A DNA stretch of 33,653 bases from Candidatus Aerophobota bacterium (GCA_014859225.1 JACUUP010000003.1:1-33653), one strand, 5' to 3'. Positions 1 to 10,287 are shown, counted from the stretch's first letter. The notes: generated from the sequence alone by a model not told the origin. Made by a program: numbers and translations.

Positions 1-905
1 GGAAGAGATGTTTCCTCCACTTTTGCCCCGAGGTCCTCCATAACTTTTGCCGCCTGATATATTCTTTCTTTCACCTCTTTTTCCATACCTTCAACAAAAT
101 ACTCTTTGGGAAGTCCCACCTTTACTCCTTTTAAATCAGGGATAAGGTAATCAAGATAATCTGGAACAGGGACATCAACCGATGTTGAATCCCTCTCATC
201 TTTTCCGCTAATTATACCAAGGAGTAGTGCGCAATCGGTAACATCCCGACTCAAAGGTCCTATTTGGTCAAGTGAGGAGGCAAAGGCGACAAGCCCATAG
301 CGTGATACTCTACCATAGGTTGGTTTCATGCCAACGATGCCGCATAAAGCTGCCGGTTGGCGAATGGAGCCTCCTGTGTCAGAGCCAAGAGCTAAGGGAA
401 CCTCTCCGCTTGCTACAGCTGCAGCTGAGCCTCCACTTGAGCCCCCCGGTATTGCTTCCAGATTCCAGGGATTGCAGGTGACCTGGAAGGCTGAGTTTTC
501 CGTTGATGAGCCCATAGCGAACTCGTCAAGATTGGTTTTACCAATAATTATACATCCTGCTTTTTTTACTCTTTCAACCACAGTTGCTGCATAAGGGGAG
601 TGGAAGTTATTTAGTATCCTGGAGGCACAGGTAGTTTGCCCATTTTTTGTGCACATATTGTCTTTAATGGCAACGGGAATACCATATAAAGGGGAAATTT
701 CCTGATTTTGCCCCTGTATTTTTTTGTCTAAGACCCTGGCCTCATTTAAAGCTTCTTCTCTGTCAAGGAAGAGAAAGGCTTTTATTTTTTCTTCCACCTC
801 GTCTATCCTCTTAAATTGGGCGAGGATGAGTTCTTCAATGGAGATTTGCTTTGCTCTGATTAGTTTACTTACTCTGTGCGCTGGAAGATAGAATATGTCA
901 TCCAT
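1..905 (-). CDS. gatA: Asp-tRNA(Asn)/Glu-tRNA(Gln) amidotransferase subunit A, 5' part (runs off the window)
   Basis: Not in the ORF track. Manual translation from ATG at 905 gives [16 protein letters not shown]..., with amidase signature motifs [79 protein letters not shown]. Confidence 0.96.
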   Translation of the reverse strand, partial: MDDIFYLPAHRVSKLIRAKQISIEELILAQFKRIDEVEEKIKAFLFLDREEALNEARVLDKKIQGQNQEISPLYGIPVAIKDNMCTKNGQTTCASRILNNFHSPYAATVVERVKKAGCIIIGKTNLDEFAMGSSTENSAFQVTCNPWNLEAIPGGSSGGSAAAVASGEVPLALGSDTGGSIRQPAALCGIVGMKPTYGRVSRYGLVAFASSLDQIGPLSRDVTDCALLLGIISGKDERDSTSVDVPVPDYLDYLIPDLKGVKVGLPKEYFVEGMEKEVKERIYQAAKVMEDLGAKVEETSL

Positions 906-988
906 TCTTTTTTCCTGCAATTTATTTTGTATTTTTAAAGATTTTCGTTTCATTATTTTACATTTAACATTTTTGTCAACTAACTTTG

Positions 989-1016
989 TTGACAGGTGAG
1001 CATAATATGGTAGAAT
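989..1016 (+). promoter_or_regulatory. sigma70-type promoter for the HAD hydrolase gene
   Basis: TTGACA (989-994), 16 nt, TAGAAT (1011-1016) preceded by TGG; a back-to-back TTGACA on the minus strand (979-974) points toward gatA. Confidence 0.75.
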
Positions 1017-1081
1017 GTGCAACTAAATAATAAAAGAAAAGATTAGGAGAAAGATGAGAAAAGGAAAGAAGGTAGTTAGAA

Positions 1082-1735
1082 ATGAAAAAAATATACATCT
1101 CTTTTGATGTGGATGGAACACTAATCAAGCCTGATTATAACGAGCTCATCTGGTTTAAAGAAATTCCCGAGCTTTATGCTACAAAGTATAGCGTTGATAT
1201 AGAAAAGGCAGCAAAGCTTGTCCGAGAAGAATACGAGAAGGTGGGAGAGGACGACATAAGGTGGTATATTTTGCAGTACTGGCTTGATAGGTTTGGATTT
1301 AAGATAAAAGAGGAAGAAATTTTGCGAAAGTATGAGGATGAAGTTGAAATATATGAGGAGGCTCTTTTTGTGCTGGATGAGCTTTATGGTAGGTTTTCCC
1401 TTGTTGCATCATCAGCTATGCCCCGCAGCTTTATTGATGTGAAGCTTAAGAAGAATAATCTTTTTCGCTATTTTGAGAAGATATTTTCTGCCGTTTCTGA
1501 TTTTAAAATGGTTAAAAAAGAAGATGCTTTTTACCGGAGAATCTGCAAAGAGCTGGGAATTTCTACCCGAAGCCTTGTTCACATAGGTGACAATTTTGAA
1601 GCAGATTATCTTGCCGCTCAAAAAGCGGGTGTTAAAGCTTTTTATCTTGACCGCACCAACTCTCACTCCACAAAGCAGCCCCATGTTGTATCCAGCCTTC
1701 TGGAATTTACCCACAGATTAAGAAATCCAGAATAG
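1082..1735 (+). CDS. HAD-superfamily hydrolase
   Basis: Motif I FDVDGTL near the N-terminus; motif IV HIGDNFEADYLAA. Confidence 0.9.
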   Translation: MKKIYISFDVDGTLIKPDYNELIWFKEIPELYATKYSVDIEKAAKLVREEYEKVGEDDIRWYILQYWLDRFGFKIKEEEILRKYEDEVEIYEEALFVLDELYGRFSLVASSAMPRSFIDVKLKKNNLFRYFEKIFSAVSDFKMVKKEDAFYRRICKELGISTRSLVHIGDNFEADYLAAQKAGVKAFYLDRTNSHSTKQPHVVSSLLEFTHRLRNPE

Positions 1736-1785
1736 TCAGTTTCCGGGAAAAGGGAAAGAACCAATAGGGAAAAAGAGTTAAAAAT

Positions 1786-2643
1786 TCAATACTTCATTCC
1801 GGTAAGAGATACCCCTTGTATGATTCTTCTTCTAAAAATAATAAAAACTATAAGAACGGGAACAAAAGTAATTACACAAGCAGCCATTGTCCCTCCATAA
1901 TCGGTGATAAAATGTCTCTGGAAGTACATCAGTCCAAGTTCCACGGTGAACAGTTTTGCCGAGCTAGCCACCACTAAGTACCAGATAAACACCATACTCC
2001 AGGTAAAAACCCAGTTCACAATAGCAATAGCTGCTGTAGCGGAAAAAGACAGAGGAAATATTATTTTCCAGAATATTCCATATTCAGAACATCCATCTAT
2101 TCTGGCTGCACTAATAAGCTCATCGGGGATGGCTAAGATATTTTGTCGCAAAAAGAAAATGCCCGAACTCATAACTATCAAGGGAAAAATCATACCTTGA
2201 TAGGTATTAATCCAACCAAAAGATGCAATGATAAGGTAAAGGGGAATCATATACACCTGCAAGGGGACAAGTATAGTAGCCATAATCAGGAAAAATAGGA
2301 AGGTTTGACCCTTAAACCTGTATTTAGCGAAAATATAACCGGCCATGGGGCAACCAATAATAATAGCCAGGGTGGAGATACCAGATATGAAAACGCTATT
2401 AAAGAAGAAAAGATGAAAAGGAGCTGTCTCAGGAAGCCTCAAGTAATTACTTAAAGTCCAGGTATGGGGGAAAATAGTGGGTGTGGGAGAAATAATTTCT
2501 GTTTTAGGTTTAAATGAGGTAAATACCACCCATATAAAGGGCATTACCATAATAATACTGGTAATTATAAGAGCCAGGTGTAAGACAATTCTCGTTCCCT
2601 TTGTTTGCTTTACCTTCCACCTTATCTTCATTCCTTTCCCCAT
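1786..2643 (-). CDS. Carbohydrate ABC transporter permease (MalG-like)
   Basis: Multiple hydrophobic segments; EAA-loop IPDELISAARIDGCS. True start may be the ATG at 2631 overlapping the upstream stop. Confidence 0.92.
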   Translation of the reverse strand: MGKGMKIRWKVKQTKGTRIVLHLALIITSIIMVMPFIWVVFTSFKPKTEIISPTPTIFPHTWTLSNYLRLPETAPFHLFFFNSVFISGISTLAIIIGCPMAGYIFAKYRFKGQTFLFFLIMATILVPLQVYMIPLYLIIASFGWINTYQGMIFPLIVMSSGIFFLRQNILAIPDELISAARIDGCSEYGIFWKIIFPLSFSATAAIAIVNWVFTWSMVFIWYLVVASSAKLFTVELGLMYFQRHFITDYGGTMAACVITFVPVLIVFIIFRRRIIQGVSLTGMKY

Positions 2644-3536
2644 TTAAATACCTTAAACAGAACTAAGATAATACCCAAAGATACTAAAAACACCACAAAA
2701 GATATGGCAGCTCCTCTACCCATATTATGATAATTAAAGGCCTCCTGGTAAACCCTGTATATTAGAACCTGAATCTCAGCACCTGTGGAGATATCTGTTC
2801 CTTGAGTCATTATGTAAACTTCGGTAAAAGCTGACCAGGACCAGACAGTAGCCATAACCATACCAAAAAGAATTATGGGCTTCATTAAAGGAAGGTCTAT
2901 GTGTCTGATAGTTTGCCACACATTGGCGCCATCTACGCTGGAGGCATCCCGCAATTCATCAGGTATATTTTTTAAACCCACAACAAAGATAATCACAAAA
3001 TAACCTAAGTTTTTCCATACATGAATTCCAATAGTAGCCAGCAAGGAAAGTTGTGGGTCAGTCATCCAGGGAAGCCGAGAAAAACCCATTGATTCTAACA
3101 TATAGTTAGCCAGACCAAAACTACCCGGACTGTAAAACCACTTCCAGATGATAGCCGCTGGTACCATAGGAAGTATATAAGGGATAAAATAAAGTGTTTC
3201 ATAGAAAGATTCAAACTTTACCTTTCTACTAAGCATTAAAGCAAAGACAAGCCCCAACCCAATTTCTAACGGGACAGCTACCCCTACATATTGCAGAGAA
3301 TTGAAAAAGGCAAAAATAAAAGGTTCATTGGATAAAAGGCGAACAAAATTTGTTATTCCCACAAATCTGGTAACTGGCCGTAGAAGATGCATATTAGTAA
3401 AAGATATTCCTAAGGTAGCAGCAATAGGAATCACTCTAATGAGAATAAATAAAGATATCAGGGGAATAAACACGCCAAGAAGAAATAATAACTGACTCCT
3501 TCTTATGGAACCTGTTTTTCCTAAAAAACCTGTCAT
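2628..3536 (-). CDS. Carbohydrate ABC transporter permease (MalF-like)
   Basis: FVGITNF motif; EAA-loop IPDELRDASSVDGAN; about six TM segments. Confidence 0.92.
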   Translation of the reverse strand: MTGFLGKTGSIRRSQLLFLLGVFIPLISLFILIRVIPIAATLGISFTNMHLLRPVTRFVGITNFVRLLSNEPFIFAFFNSLQYVGVAVPLEIGLGLVFALMLSRKVKFESFYETLYFIPYILPMVPAAIIWKWFYSPGSFGLANYMLESMGFSRLPWMTDPQLSLLATIGIHVWKNLGYFVIIFVVGLKNIPDELRDASSVDGANVWQTIRHIDLPLMKPIILFGMVMATVWSWSAFTEVYIMTQGTDISTGAEIQVLIYRVYQEAFNYHNMGRGAAISFVVFLVSLGIILVLFKVFKWGKE

Positions 3537-3628
3537 CTCATTGTTCCTTTACACTCTAACCTTCTATCCTTTTTAAGCAGACAGCAGGTATAGCTATAAT
3601 TAAAAGAACCTAAATGGGGTTTTGAAAG

Positions 3629-3675
3629 ACATGCAGGGGTAGCCTGTATTCCTTTAATAGGCTACCCCTGCATGT
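3629..3675. terminator. Long perfect stem-loop between the binding-protein gene and first permease gene
   Basis: ACATGCAGGGGTAGCCT (3629-3645) is the exact reverse complement of 3659-3675; followed by CTTT on the minus strand. Partial terminator or mRNA stabiliser. Confidence 0.7.
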
Positions 3676-3686
3676 ATAATTACTTT

Positions 3687-5054
3687 TTATCTAGCTAAAA
3701 GGTCATAATCGTCCAGAATTCTATTTGTCTCTCTTGCTGCGTCGCGTATTACCCGGGCTATTCCCTCAGGGTTGTCCACCAAATCCTGTCTCTTAAATGC
3801 TATCATCAACTGTTCAGCGAATCGTGAATGGATCTCAAAGGCGGGAGCAATACGCACATAGTCTTGAATTTCAAAACCTGGTATCTGTAGTGCATCCATG
3901 AACGGTTTTAGTTGAGGTTGCTCCTTATAAAGAGAAGAATAATCAACATTCACCCTATAAGGCTGCCAACCAGATTCTCTAAACATTTTAACTGAATTTT
4001 CATCATTCACTAAGAATTTAGCAAAATCCCAGGCTTCTTTTTGCTGTCGGGAGGACTTAGAAAGAGATAGACCCATATTATTACCTACGGTTCCCCAACC
4101 TGCTGGTCCTTTAGGCATTAAGAAAAGCCCGTAGTTAATTTGGGGAGCGTAATCGCGCAGGTAGCTAACTACCCAGGATTCTCTTTGAAACATAGAGGTT
4201 ACTCCCAATCCAAACCCTTCGGCATCAGTTTTTACGTCAAAACTGTTGGCTTTATACTTCCAACACGCATCAATGTAGTATCGCAAGGCTGCACGTCCTG
4301 CCTCATTATCATATCCGGCTCTCCATTTTAGCTCACCTGCAGGATATTTTCTCCACTCATCTCCTTTCAACACTTTTCCTTCTTTGGTCACCGCTTCCAG
4401 GACTCGAATTCCATAGGGTATCATCACCTGAGTCCAGAATTTCTGGCTGGTACCAAATCCTCCTCCAGTTACCCTTAAGTCAAGGCCCGATGTAGTGGGG
4501 TTACCTGCTGCATCGTACTTGGTTAGTTTTATGCCATACATCATCTGTTCATAGATATCTTGCGGAGGAGCAGCGAGACCTGCTTGTTTAAAATGGTCTT
4601 TGTTGTAAAACATAAGTTTCAATGAATTATCAAGAGGTATGGTAAAAAGTTTGTCTGTGCCAGGAATTTTGCTAAAATCGATTGCTGATTGGGGAAAATT
4701 TTTTACCAACCAGGCGGCAACATCGTCAGGAGCTTGGGCTACATACCCTGCTAAATAGTAAGGGTAAAGCCCAACAGCGTCCATGGAGATAAGGTCGGCA
4801 GCTTGTCCGGCAGGTAAAGCAGCAGCGACCTTTTCTTCTAAGGCTCTTTGAGGGAAAAGTGTGGCTACTACCTTAATGCCAGGGTTTAGTTTTTCATAAG
4901 TTTCTGCCGCTGATTTTTGAAATTCATGCATTTCTGGAAAAGCAGTCCAAATAGATATTTCAGTTTGGGCTACTGCCTGAGGAACAACCATAAGGGTAAG
5001 CGATAAAGCCAATACCCCCACCCCTGCTAAAAATTTATTTTTTTTTCTATGCAT
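3687..5054 (-). CDS. Carbohydrate ABC transporter solute-binding protein
   Basis: Sec signal peptide (MHRKKNK, hydrophobic stretch, AVA cleavage site), MFYNKDHFKQAGL and AWDFAKFL family motifs; GGAGG RBS; adjacent permeases. Confidence 0.9.
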   Translation of the reverse strand: MHRKKNKFLAGVGVLALSLTLMVVPQAVAQTEISIWTAFPEMHEFQKSAAETYEKLNPGIKVVATLFPQRALEEKVAAALPAGQAADLISMDAVGLYPYYLAGYVAQAPDDVAAWLVKNFPQSAIDFSKIPGTDKLFTIPLDNSLKLMFYNKDHFKQAGLAAPPQDIYEQMMYGIKLTKYDAAGNPTTSGLDLRVTGGGFGTSQKFWTQVMIPYGIRVLEAVTKEGKVLKGDEWRKYPAGELKWRAGYDNEAGRAALRYYIDACWKYKANSFDVKTDAEGFGLGVTSMFQRESWVVSYLRDYAPQINYGLFLMPKGPAGWGTVGNNMGLSLSKSSRQQKEAWDFAKFLVNDENSVKMFRESGWQPYRVNVDYSSLYKEQPQLKPFMDALQIPGFEIQDYVRIAPAFEIHSRFAEQLMIAFKRQDLVDNPEGIARVIRDAARETNRILDDYDLLAR

Positions 5055-5238
5055 TAATTACCTCCAGAGTAATTTTTGACATGCTTTAGAGTTTTGGAGA
5101 AAGTTTCCAAAAAGGAAAAAAATTGTTCAACGCCTTCTGGAGACTTTCTTTATCGCAAGCTGGACCCACCTACCTATTTCTCACCCCCTTTTCTGGCCTT
5201 AATTTTCAGCTTCTTAGTTTTATCATTTTATTAATTTT

Positions 5239-5266
5239 ATTATATTGTAACCTTTTTTTTTGACAA
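5239..5266 (-). promoter_or_regulatory. sigma70-type promoter of the sugar ABC operon
   Basis: Minus strand TTGTCA (5266-5261), 16 nt, TATAAT (5244-5239). Confidence 0.65.
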
Positions 5267-5348
5267 GGGTAGCTGAAATTAAACATGTAAGTTAGCTGAT
5301 GCTCCTGTTGTGTCCTGCCTATCTAATCATAAATATTCAGGTTTGATA

Positions 5349-5957
5349 TCAGGACCTGAGTCTCTTAGCTATTGCTGCTGCTGCCATTGCTTTCGTTATA
5401 TCACCCGGTATAAAAGGAAGCATCCCCATGTTTACGAGCTCTACTATTCCAACAGGAGCATTTGCTACAAATTGAAACCACAGGTAAAGTTGAATCAGTC
5501 CGAGTCCATATATAAGGATGAAATTTGCAACAAGCATGTAACAAAGGTACAGAATAAACCCCGGTGGTTTTTTGGAATTATCAGTTATGTGTCCGATAAA
5601 TAAAGCAGCTACAATAAAACCAATTATGTATCCTCCGGTAGGACCTGCCAGATGGGAAAATCCTGAGCTCCAGCCTGTAAACCATGGAATTCCAGAGACC
5701 CCCATTGCAACATAAAAAAGTTGTGAAAGCCCCCCATACCCTCCTCCAAGTAAAACTCCACTTAAAAGAGCTGCAAGAGTCTGTCCTGTAATGGGAACAG
5801 GTGTGAAGGGGAGAGGAAGACGCACCTGTGCAGCTAATCCAGTAACAGAGGCCATGGTCAGGGAAAGAAAAATTTTATATACTGTTAGAGTTTCAGCTCG
5901 CCATTTGAAATAACTACTTTTTAATGTATCGCACTTTTCCACGAAAGCTTCAAACAT
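5349..5957 (-). CDS. bioY: Biotin transporter BioY (ECF S component)
   Basis: PLPFTPVPITGQT, GPTGGYIIGF and PFIPGD motifs; hydrophobic. Confidence 0.93.
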   Translation of the reverse strand: MFEAFVEKCDTLKSSYFKWRAETLTVYKIFLSLTMASVTGLAAQVRLPLPFTPVPITGQTLAALLSGVLLGGGYGGLSQLFYVAMGVSGIPWFTGWSSGFSHLAGPTGGYIIGFIVAALFIGHITDNSKKPPGFILYLCYMLVANFILIYGLGLIQLYLWFQFVANAPVGIVELVNMGMLPFIPGDITKAMAAAAIAKRLRS

Positions 5958-5970
5958 TTTTTACTCTCTT

Positions 5971-8046
5971 TTAATTTCCCTTTTTCGCTTTTCTTGTCTC
6001 AATTATTTTTTGAGCTATCTCATCGGGGACTTTCTCATAGTGGGAGAATTTCTGGGTGAAAGTCCCTCTTCCCTGGGTTATAGAACGAAGGGTGGTAGAA
6101 TATTTGCGTAGATTGGTCAGGGGAACCAGGGCTCTTATTTTTTCTCTTCCCCCGAGAGGTTGCACTTCTAAAATTTTTCCTCTACGGGAACTTAAATCTC
6201 CACTGATATCACCCATGCACTCACTGGGGGTTTCCACTTCAAGTTCCAGAATGGGCTCAAGGAGGATAGGGTTTGCTGTATCTACAGCTTTTCTAAGCCC
6301 CATAGAAGCTGCAATTTGAAAAGCTATATCAGATGAGTCAACAGAGTGATAAGAACCATCAAATAAAGCTACCTCAATATCAACCACAGGGTAATTAGCT
6401 AAATTGCCTTTTTTTATAGCTTCCCTTAAACCTTTTTCTACTGAAGGGATAAAACGGTTGGGCACAACTCCTCCCCTTATCTCATCCACAAACACAAATC
6501 CTTCTCCTCTCGCAAGCGGTTTTATTCTAAGCCACACATCACCGTACTGACCTCTTCCGCCGGATTGTCTTTTATATTTACCCTGGGCTTCTGACTGTTG
6601 TGTGATTGTTTCTCTAAAAGGTATCTCAGGCTCTTCAGTTTCCACTACAACATTAAAGTCTTTGCTTATTCGGTTAATAACAAGCTCCAGATGAACCTCC
6701 CCCATACCAGATAAAACGGTTTGCCCTGATTCCTTGTCTACCTCCACCTTGATAAGAGGGTCTACTTTTGTTAAGCGAGATAAAGCTACACTCAGCCTTT
6801 GTTCATCTTTTTCATCTTTTGGTTTTAAAGCAATGCTGGTATTTGTTTCAGGAAAATCTATACGAGGTAAAATAACAGGCTTGTCGCGATTGCCAAATGT
6901 ATCACCCATTTCTGCACTTTTAAGTTTCGTCAAAGCACCTATATCTCCTGCGACAAGCTGGGGAGTTTCTTCTCTTTTATTTCCCAGCATTAGATAAATT
7001 TGACCGATTTTTTCCTCCTCCCCTTTGTTTGCATTGTATATACTGCTTCCCGAAGATAGTGTCCCGGAAAAAACTTTAATAAAGCTTACTTCACCCAGAT
7101 GGGTCTCAAAAAGGGTGAGAAATACCTGAGCGCAAAGAGCTTCTGAGGTATCTACTTTAATTTCCACCTCCTGCTCCTGTTTTCCTGGAACTGTACCCTT
7201 TACTACATTCCTCCAGGTTGGAGATGGAAAAAAATCAGTCAATGTATCTAAAAGCACATCTATTCCTATCCTCTGCAGGGCAGAGCCTACCAAAAGAGGG
7301 ACTATTTGCGCGTTAGAGATACCTTTTTTTAAACCTTGTTTTATCTCATCCAAGGTAAGCTTCCCTTCCTCCAGATATTTTTCTATTAGTTCATCGCTTA
7401 CCTCGGCCACAGTTTCCATAAGTTTTTCTCTGAGCTCATCAGCCGTAGATTTTAAGTCTTCCGGTATGTCCACCTGCTCTACCTTTCCCTGAGTATATAT
7501 TTTCCCTTTCATTTCAATAATATCTATAATTCCCACCACTTTTTTATCCTTGGTAAGAGGATATGTGATGGGTAGAGGTTTTAAATTTAGCTGTTGTTCA
7601 AGTTGATTAAAAACAGTAAAAAGGTCTATCTGTTCTGTATCTATCTTGTTCAGGAAAACAAGGGAGGGGAGATTTTCCCGCTTGATATAATTCAGGCATC
7701 TTCTGACCTCGCCTCCCGAAAGTGTATCAGGAGAAACATTTATCAGGGCAAACTCTACCACTCTCAATATGGAACGAACCTTTTCTATAAGCTCTGCAAA
7801 CCCCGGGGTATCCATCAGGTTAATTTTCTTTTCTCTCCAGGTAAAATGGACAAGGGAAGCATTAATGGTGAACCCCCTTTCCTTTTCCAGCCAGTCATAA
7901 TCGCACACTGTATTACCCTCTCTAACATTTCCCATTTTGCTAATCAGACCTGTTTGATATAGAATAGCCTCCATTAAAGTAGTTTTCCCTGAACTTTGCT
8001 GACCTACCAGAGTTAGATTTCTTATATTCTCTGTAGAATAAGACAT
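5971..8046 (-). CDS. fusA2: Elongation factor G paralog (EF-G2-like)
   Basis: Full-length EF-G architecture: GQQSSGKTT, ERGFTI, DTPGF, NKID, GMGEVHLE, KRQSGGRGQYGDV, GSYHSVDSS, PILLEPI; degenerate G1/switch motifs; not in the str operon. Confidence 0.88.
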   Translation of the reverse strand: MSYSTENIRNLTLVGQQSSGKTTLMEAILYQTGLISKMGNVREGNTVCDYDWLEKERGFTINASLVHFTWREKKINLMDTPGFAELIEKVRSILRVVEFALINVSPDTLSGGEVRRCLNYIKRENLPSLVFLNKIDTEQIDLFTVFNQLEQQLNLKPLPITYPLTKDKKVVGIIDIIEMKGKIYTQGKVEQVDIPEDLKSTADELREKLMETVAEVSDELIEKYLEEGKLTLDEIKQGLKKGISNAQIVPLLVGSALQRIGIDVLLDTLTDFFPSPTWRNVVKGTVPGKQEQEVEIKVDTSEALCAQVFLTLFETHLGEVSFIKVFSGTLSSGSSIYNANKGEEEKIGQIYLMLGNKREETPQLVAGDIGALTKLKSAEMGDTFGNRDKPVILPRIDFPETNTSIALKPKDEKDEQRLSVALSRLTKVDPLIKVEVDKESGQTVLSGMGEVHLELVINRISKDFNVVVETEEPEIPFRETITQQSEAQGKYKRQSGGRGQYGDVWLRIKPLARGEGFVFVDEIRGGVVPNRFIPSVEKGLREAIKKGNLANYPVVDIEVALFDGSYHSVDSSDIAFQIAASMGLRKAVDTANPILLEPILELEVETPSECMGDISGDLSSRRGKILEVQPLGGREKIRALVPLTNLRKYSTTLRSITQGRGTFTQKFSHYEKVPDEIAQKIIETRKAKKGN

Positions 8047-8105
8047 ATTAACTCTCCTGTATCATTAATTTAGTAGTGTTAATAAATTGATATAATTATT
8101 AATCT

Positions 8106-9092
8106 TCACCATTTTATCAGCATTGAACCCCAGGTTAGTCCACCTCCAAAACAGCTGAAAAGAATTTTATCTCCTTTCTTTACCTTTCCTTCCTCTATTG
8201 CCTGGTCAAGAGCAACAGCGATAGAGGCAGCGGACATATTTCCACACTCCTGCAAGTTGACATATACTTTGTCCATGGGAATGCTCATTCTTTTGGCTAC
8301 AGCCTGAATGATTCTTATATTTGCCTGATGGGGGATAAAAAAGTCTATGTCTTTGTAAGTTAATCCCGCTTCTTTAATTGCCTTATCTGCGGCTTCAACC
8401 ATTACCTTTACTGCTCTTTTGAAAAGTTCATTCCCTTTCATTTTCATATAGTGTTGTCGCTCTTCTACCGTTTTTATACTGGCGGGCATCCTTGAGCCTC
8501 CTGCGGGAACTCCTACAATGTCTGCACCTTCTCCATCGGCACCAAGATAAATGGAGATGATACCACTTTCATCCTCCGAAGGACGCAGCACACCGGCTCC
8601 TGCTCCATCTGCAAATATAACACAGGTATTACGGTCTTCCCAGTCGGTAATCTTGGAAAGAGTTTCACTTGCAACAACAAGAATGGTCTCGTACGTGCCA
8701 TTACTTATGAACTGGCTGGCTATTGATACCCCGTATATAAACCCGGAACAGGCAGCCTCCACGTCAAAAGCAGGTATTTTTTTTGCGCCCAGCATGTGCT
8801 GCAGAACACAGGCAGTTGCCGGAAAAAGCATATCTGGAGTAATAGTGGTAACAATTATCATATCCAGTTCTTTTGCTGATATTCCTGCCTTTTTTAGAGC
8901 CTTTATTGAGGCTTGATAGGCAAGGTCTGAAGCTGCTTCTTTTTCATGGGCGATGTGTCTTTTTTTAATTCCCGTCCTGGTAGATATCCACTCATCGGAA
9001 GTATCCACCATTTTTTCCAGGTCTAAGTTACTTATTATTGTTTCAGGTATATATGACCCTGTACTGACTATTTTAGTTTTCCTGTGCTTCAT
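8106..9092 (-). CDS. fabH: 3-oxoacyl-ACP synthase III
   Basis: DTSDEWISTRTGI; catalytic triad in AACSGF, PHQANIRII and GNMSAAS; GGGLTWG. Confidence 0.97.
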   Translation of the reverse strand: MKHRKTKIVSTGSYIPETIISNLDLEKMVDTSDEWISTRTGIKKRHIAHEKEAASDLAYQASIKALKKAGISAKELDMIIVTTITPDMLFPATACVLQHMLGAKKIPAFDVEAACSGFIYGVSIASQFISNGTYETILVVASETLSKITDWEDRNTCVIFADGAGAGVLRPSEDESGIISIYLGADGEGADIVGVPAGGSRMPASIKTVEERQHYMKMKGNELFKRAVKVMVEAADKAIKEAGLTYKDIDFFIPHQANIRIIQAVAKRMSIPMDKVYVNLQECGNMSAASIAVALDQAIEEGKVKKGDKILFSCFGGGLTWGSMLIKW

Positions 9093-10099
9093 TTTTCTTG
9101 CCTTTGTTGTATTTCTTTTAAAGTATTTTCTATGTTTTGGTTGATTCCTGTTTGTGAAAAGCGGTAACCTGTCATTATAGCATTTTTTATAGCCTTACTG
9201 GAGGATGCTCCATGGGCAACCACACATATGCCATTAATTCCCAAAAGGGGAACTCCTCCATATTCAGCGTAATCCAGGGTTGCTCTCAGTTTTTTGAGCC
9301 ATTGATTGGAGAGAAGTTGCCCTAATCCCCACATGCTTTTTCTGGTTTCTTTCTTCATAATGGAAAGGGCAGTAGCAGCAAAACCTTCGGCAAATTTAAG
9401 GATTATATTTCCTACAAAACCATCGCAAACAACAACCTCTGCCCTGTCGCTTGTTATATCCTTCCCCTCCACATTTCCCATGAAGCTTAAGGAAGATTTT
9501 TTGAGCATTTTAAATGTTTCTACCACTACTTCGTTTCCCTTATTTTCTTCAGAGCCTATGTTCAAAAGAGCAACTCTGGGATTTTTTACCCGAAGAGCCT
9601 TAAAGGCATATATGCTGCCCAGCACAGCGAACTGAAAAAGGTGATTTGGTTTGCAATCAACATTAGCACCCACATCTACCAGAACCACCCTTTTCCCACT
9701 AAAAGTAGGAAATATTGCTGCAAGGCAGGGACGGATAACCCCCTTTAATTTGCCAAGTTTCACTAAACTGGTAGCCATCACTGCCCCTGTATTTCCAGGG
9801 CTAACAAAAGCCTCCGTTTTTCCTTCCTTTACAAGGTCAATTCCCACAGCAATAGAGGAGTTTTTTTTATTCTTTAAAGCAGCTAAAGCTGAATCTTCCA
9901 TATTTACCACTTCAGGAGCATCAACTATGGGAAAATGCACATTGTGAAGGTTCATTTTTTTAATTTCGTTTTCAATCTCATCTTTTCTTCCCACCAGCGT
10001 TATCTGAATATCTGAATTCTCCTGTGTAGCCAATATGCAAGCCTCAATTACCGTAGAAATACCTTCCTCAGCCCCCATGGCATCTAAGGCTATCTTCAT
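9089..10099 (-). CDS. plsX: Phosphate acyltransferase PlsX
   Basis: MKIALDAMG, GNTGA, DVGANVD, NIGSEENKG, VVVCDGFVGN, AHGASS motifs; between rpmF and fabH with ATGA overlaps. Confidence 0.97.
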   Translation of the reverse strand: MKIALDAMGAEEGISTVIEACILATQENSDIQITLVGRKDEIENEIKKMNLHNVHFPIVDAPEVVNMEDSALAALKNKKNSSIAVGIDLVKEGKTEAFVSPGNTGAVMATSLVKLGKLKGVIRPCLAAIFPTFSGKRVVLVDVGANVDCKPNHLFQFAVLGSIYAFKALRVKNPRVALLNIGSEENKGNEVVVETFKMLKKSSLSFMGNVEGKDITSDRAEVVVCDGFVGNIILKFAEGFAATALSIMKKETRKSMWGLGQLLSNQWLKKLRATLDYAEYGGVPLLGINGICVVAHGASSSKAIKNAIMTGYRFSQTGINQNIENTLKEIQQRQEK

Positions 10100-10287
10100 T
10101 TTTCCTTTTTACCCGCAATCACAGTAGCTATTTCTCCTTTGTAATACCCGCATTCCCTGCAGGCAAAATGAGGCAGTTTAGGAGCCTTGCATTGAGGGCA
10201 AAATGTGATTGTTGGAGACTTAAGTTTTTGATGGGATTGTCTGTTCTTTTTTCTGGACCGGGTAGTCCTCTTTTTTGGAACTCCCAT
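10096..10287 (-). CDS. rpmF: 50S ribosomal protein L32 (zinc-binding form)
   Basis: MGVPKKRTTRSR start; CPQC...PHFACRECGYY; AAGGAGG RBS. Confidence 0.96.
   Translation of the reverse strand: MGVPKKRTTRSRKKNRQSHQKLKSPTITFCPQCKAPKLPHFACRECGYYKGEIATVIAGKKEK

Noticed and set aside
272-594. Plus-strand ORFs 272-481 and 328-594
   Set aside because: Antisense shadows of gatA.
1054-1107. 17-codon out-of-frame ORF overlapping the HAD start, after AGGAG
   Set aside because: SD spacing is short and the purine-rich context makes a chance match likely.
5310-5603. Cys-rich 97-aa ORF (YCCCCHC) as a possible RiPP precursor
   Set aside because: Antisense to the Ala codon run of bioY; an artefact.
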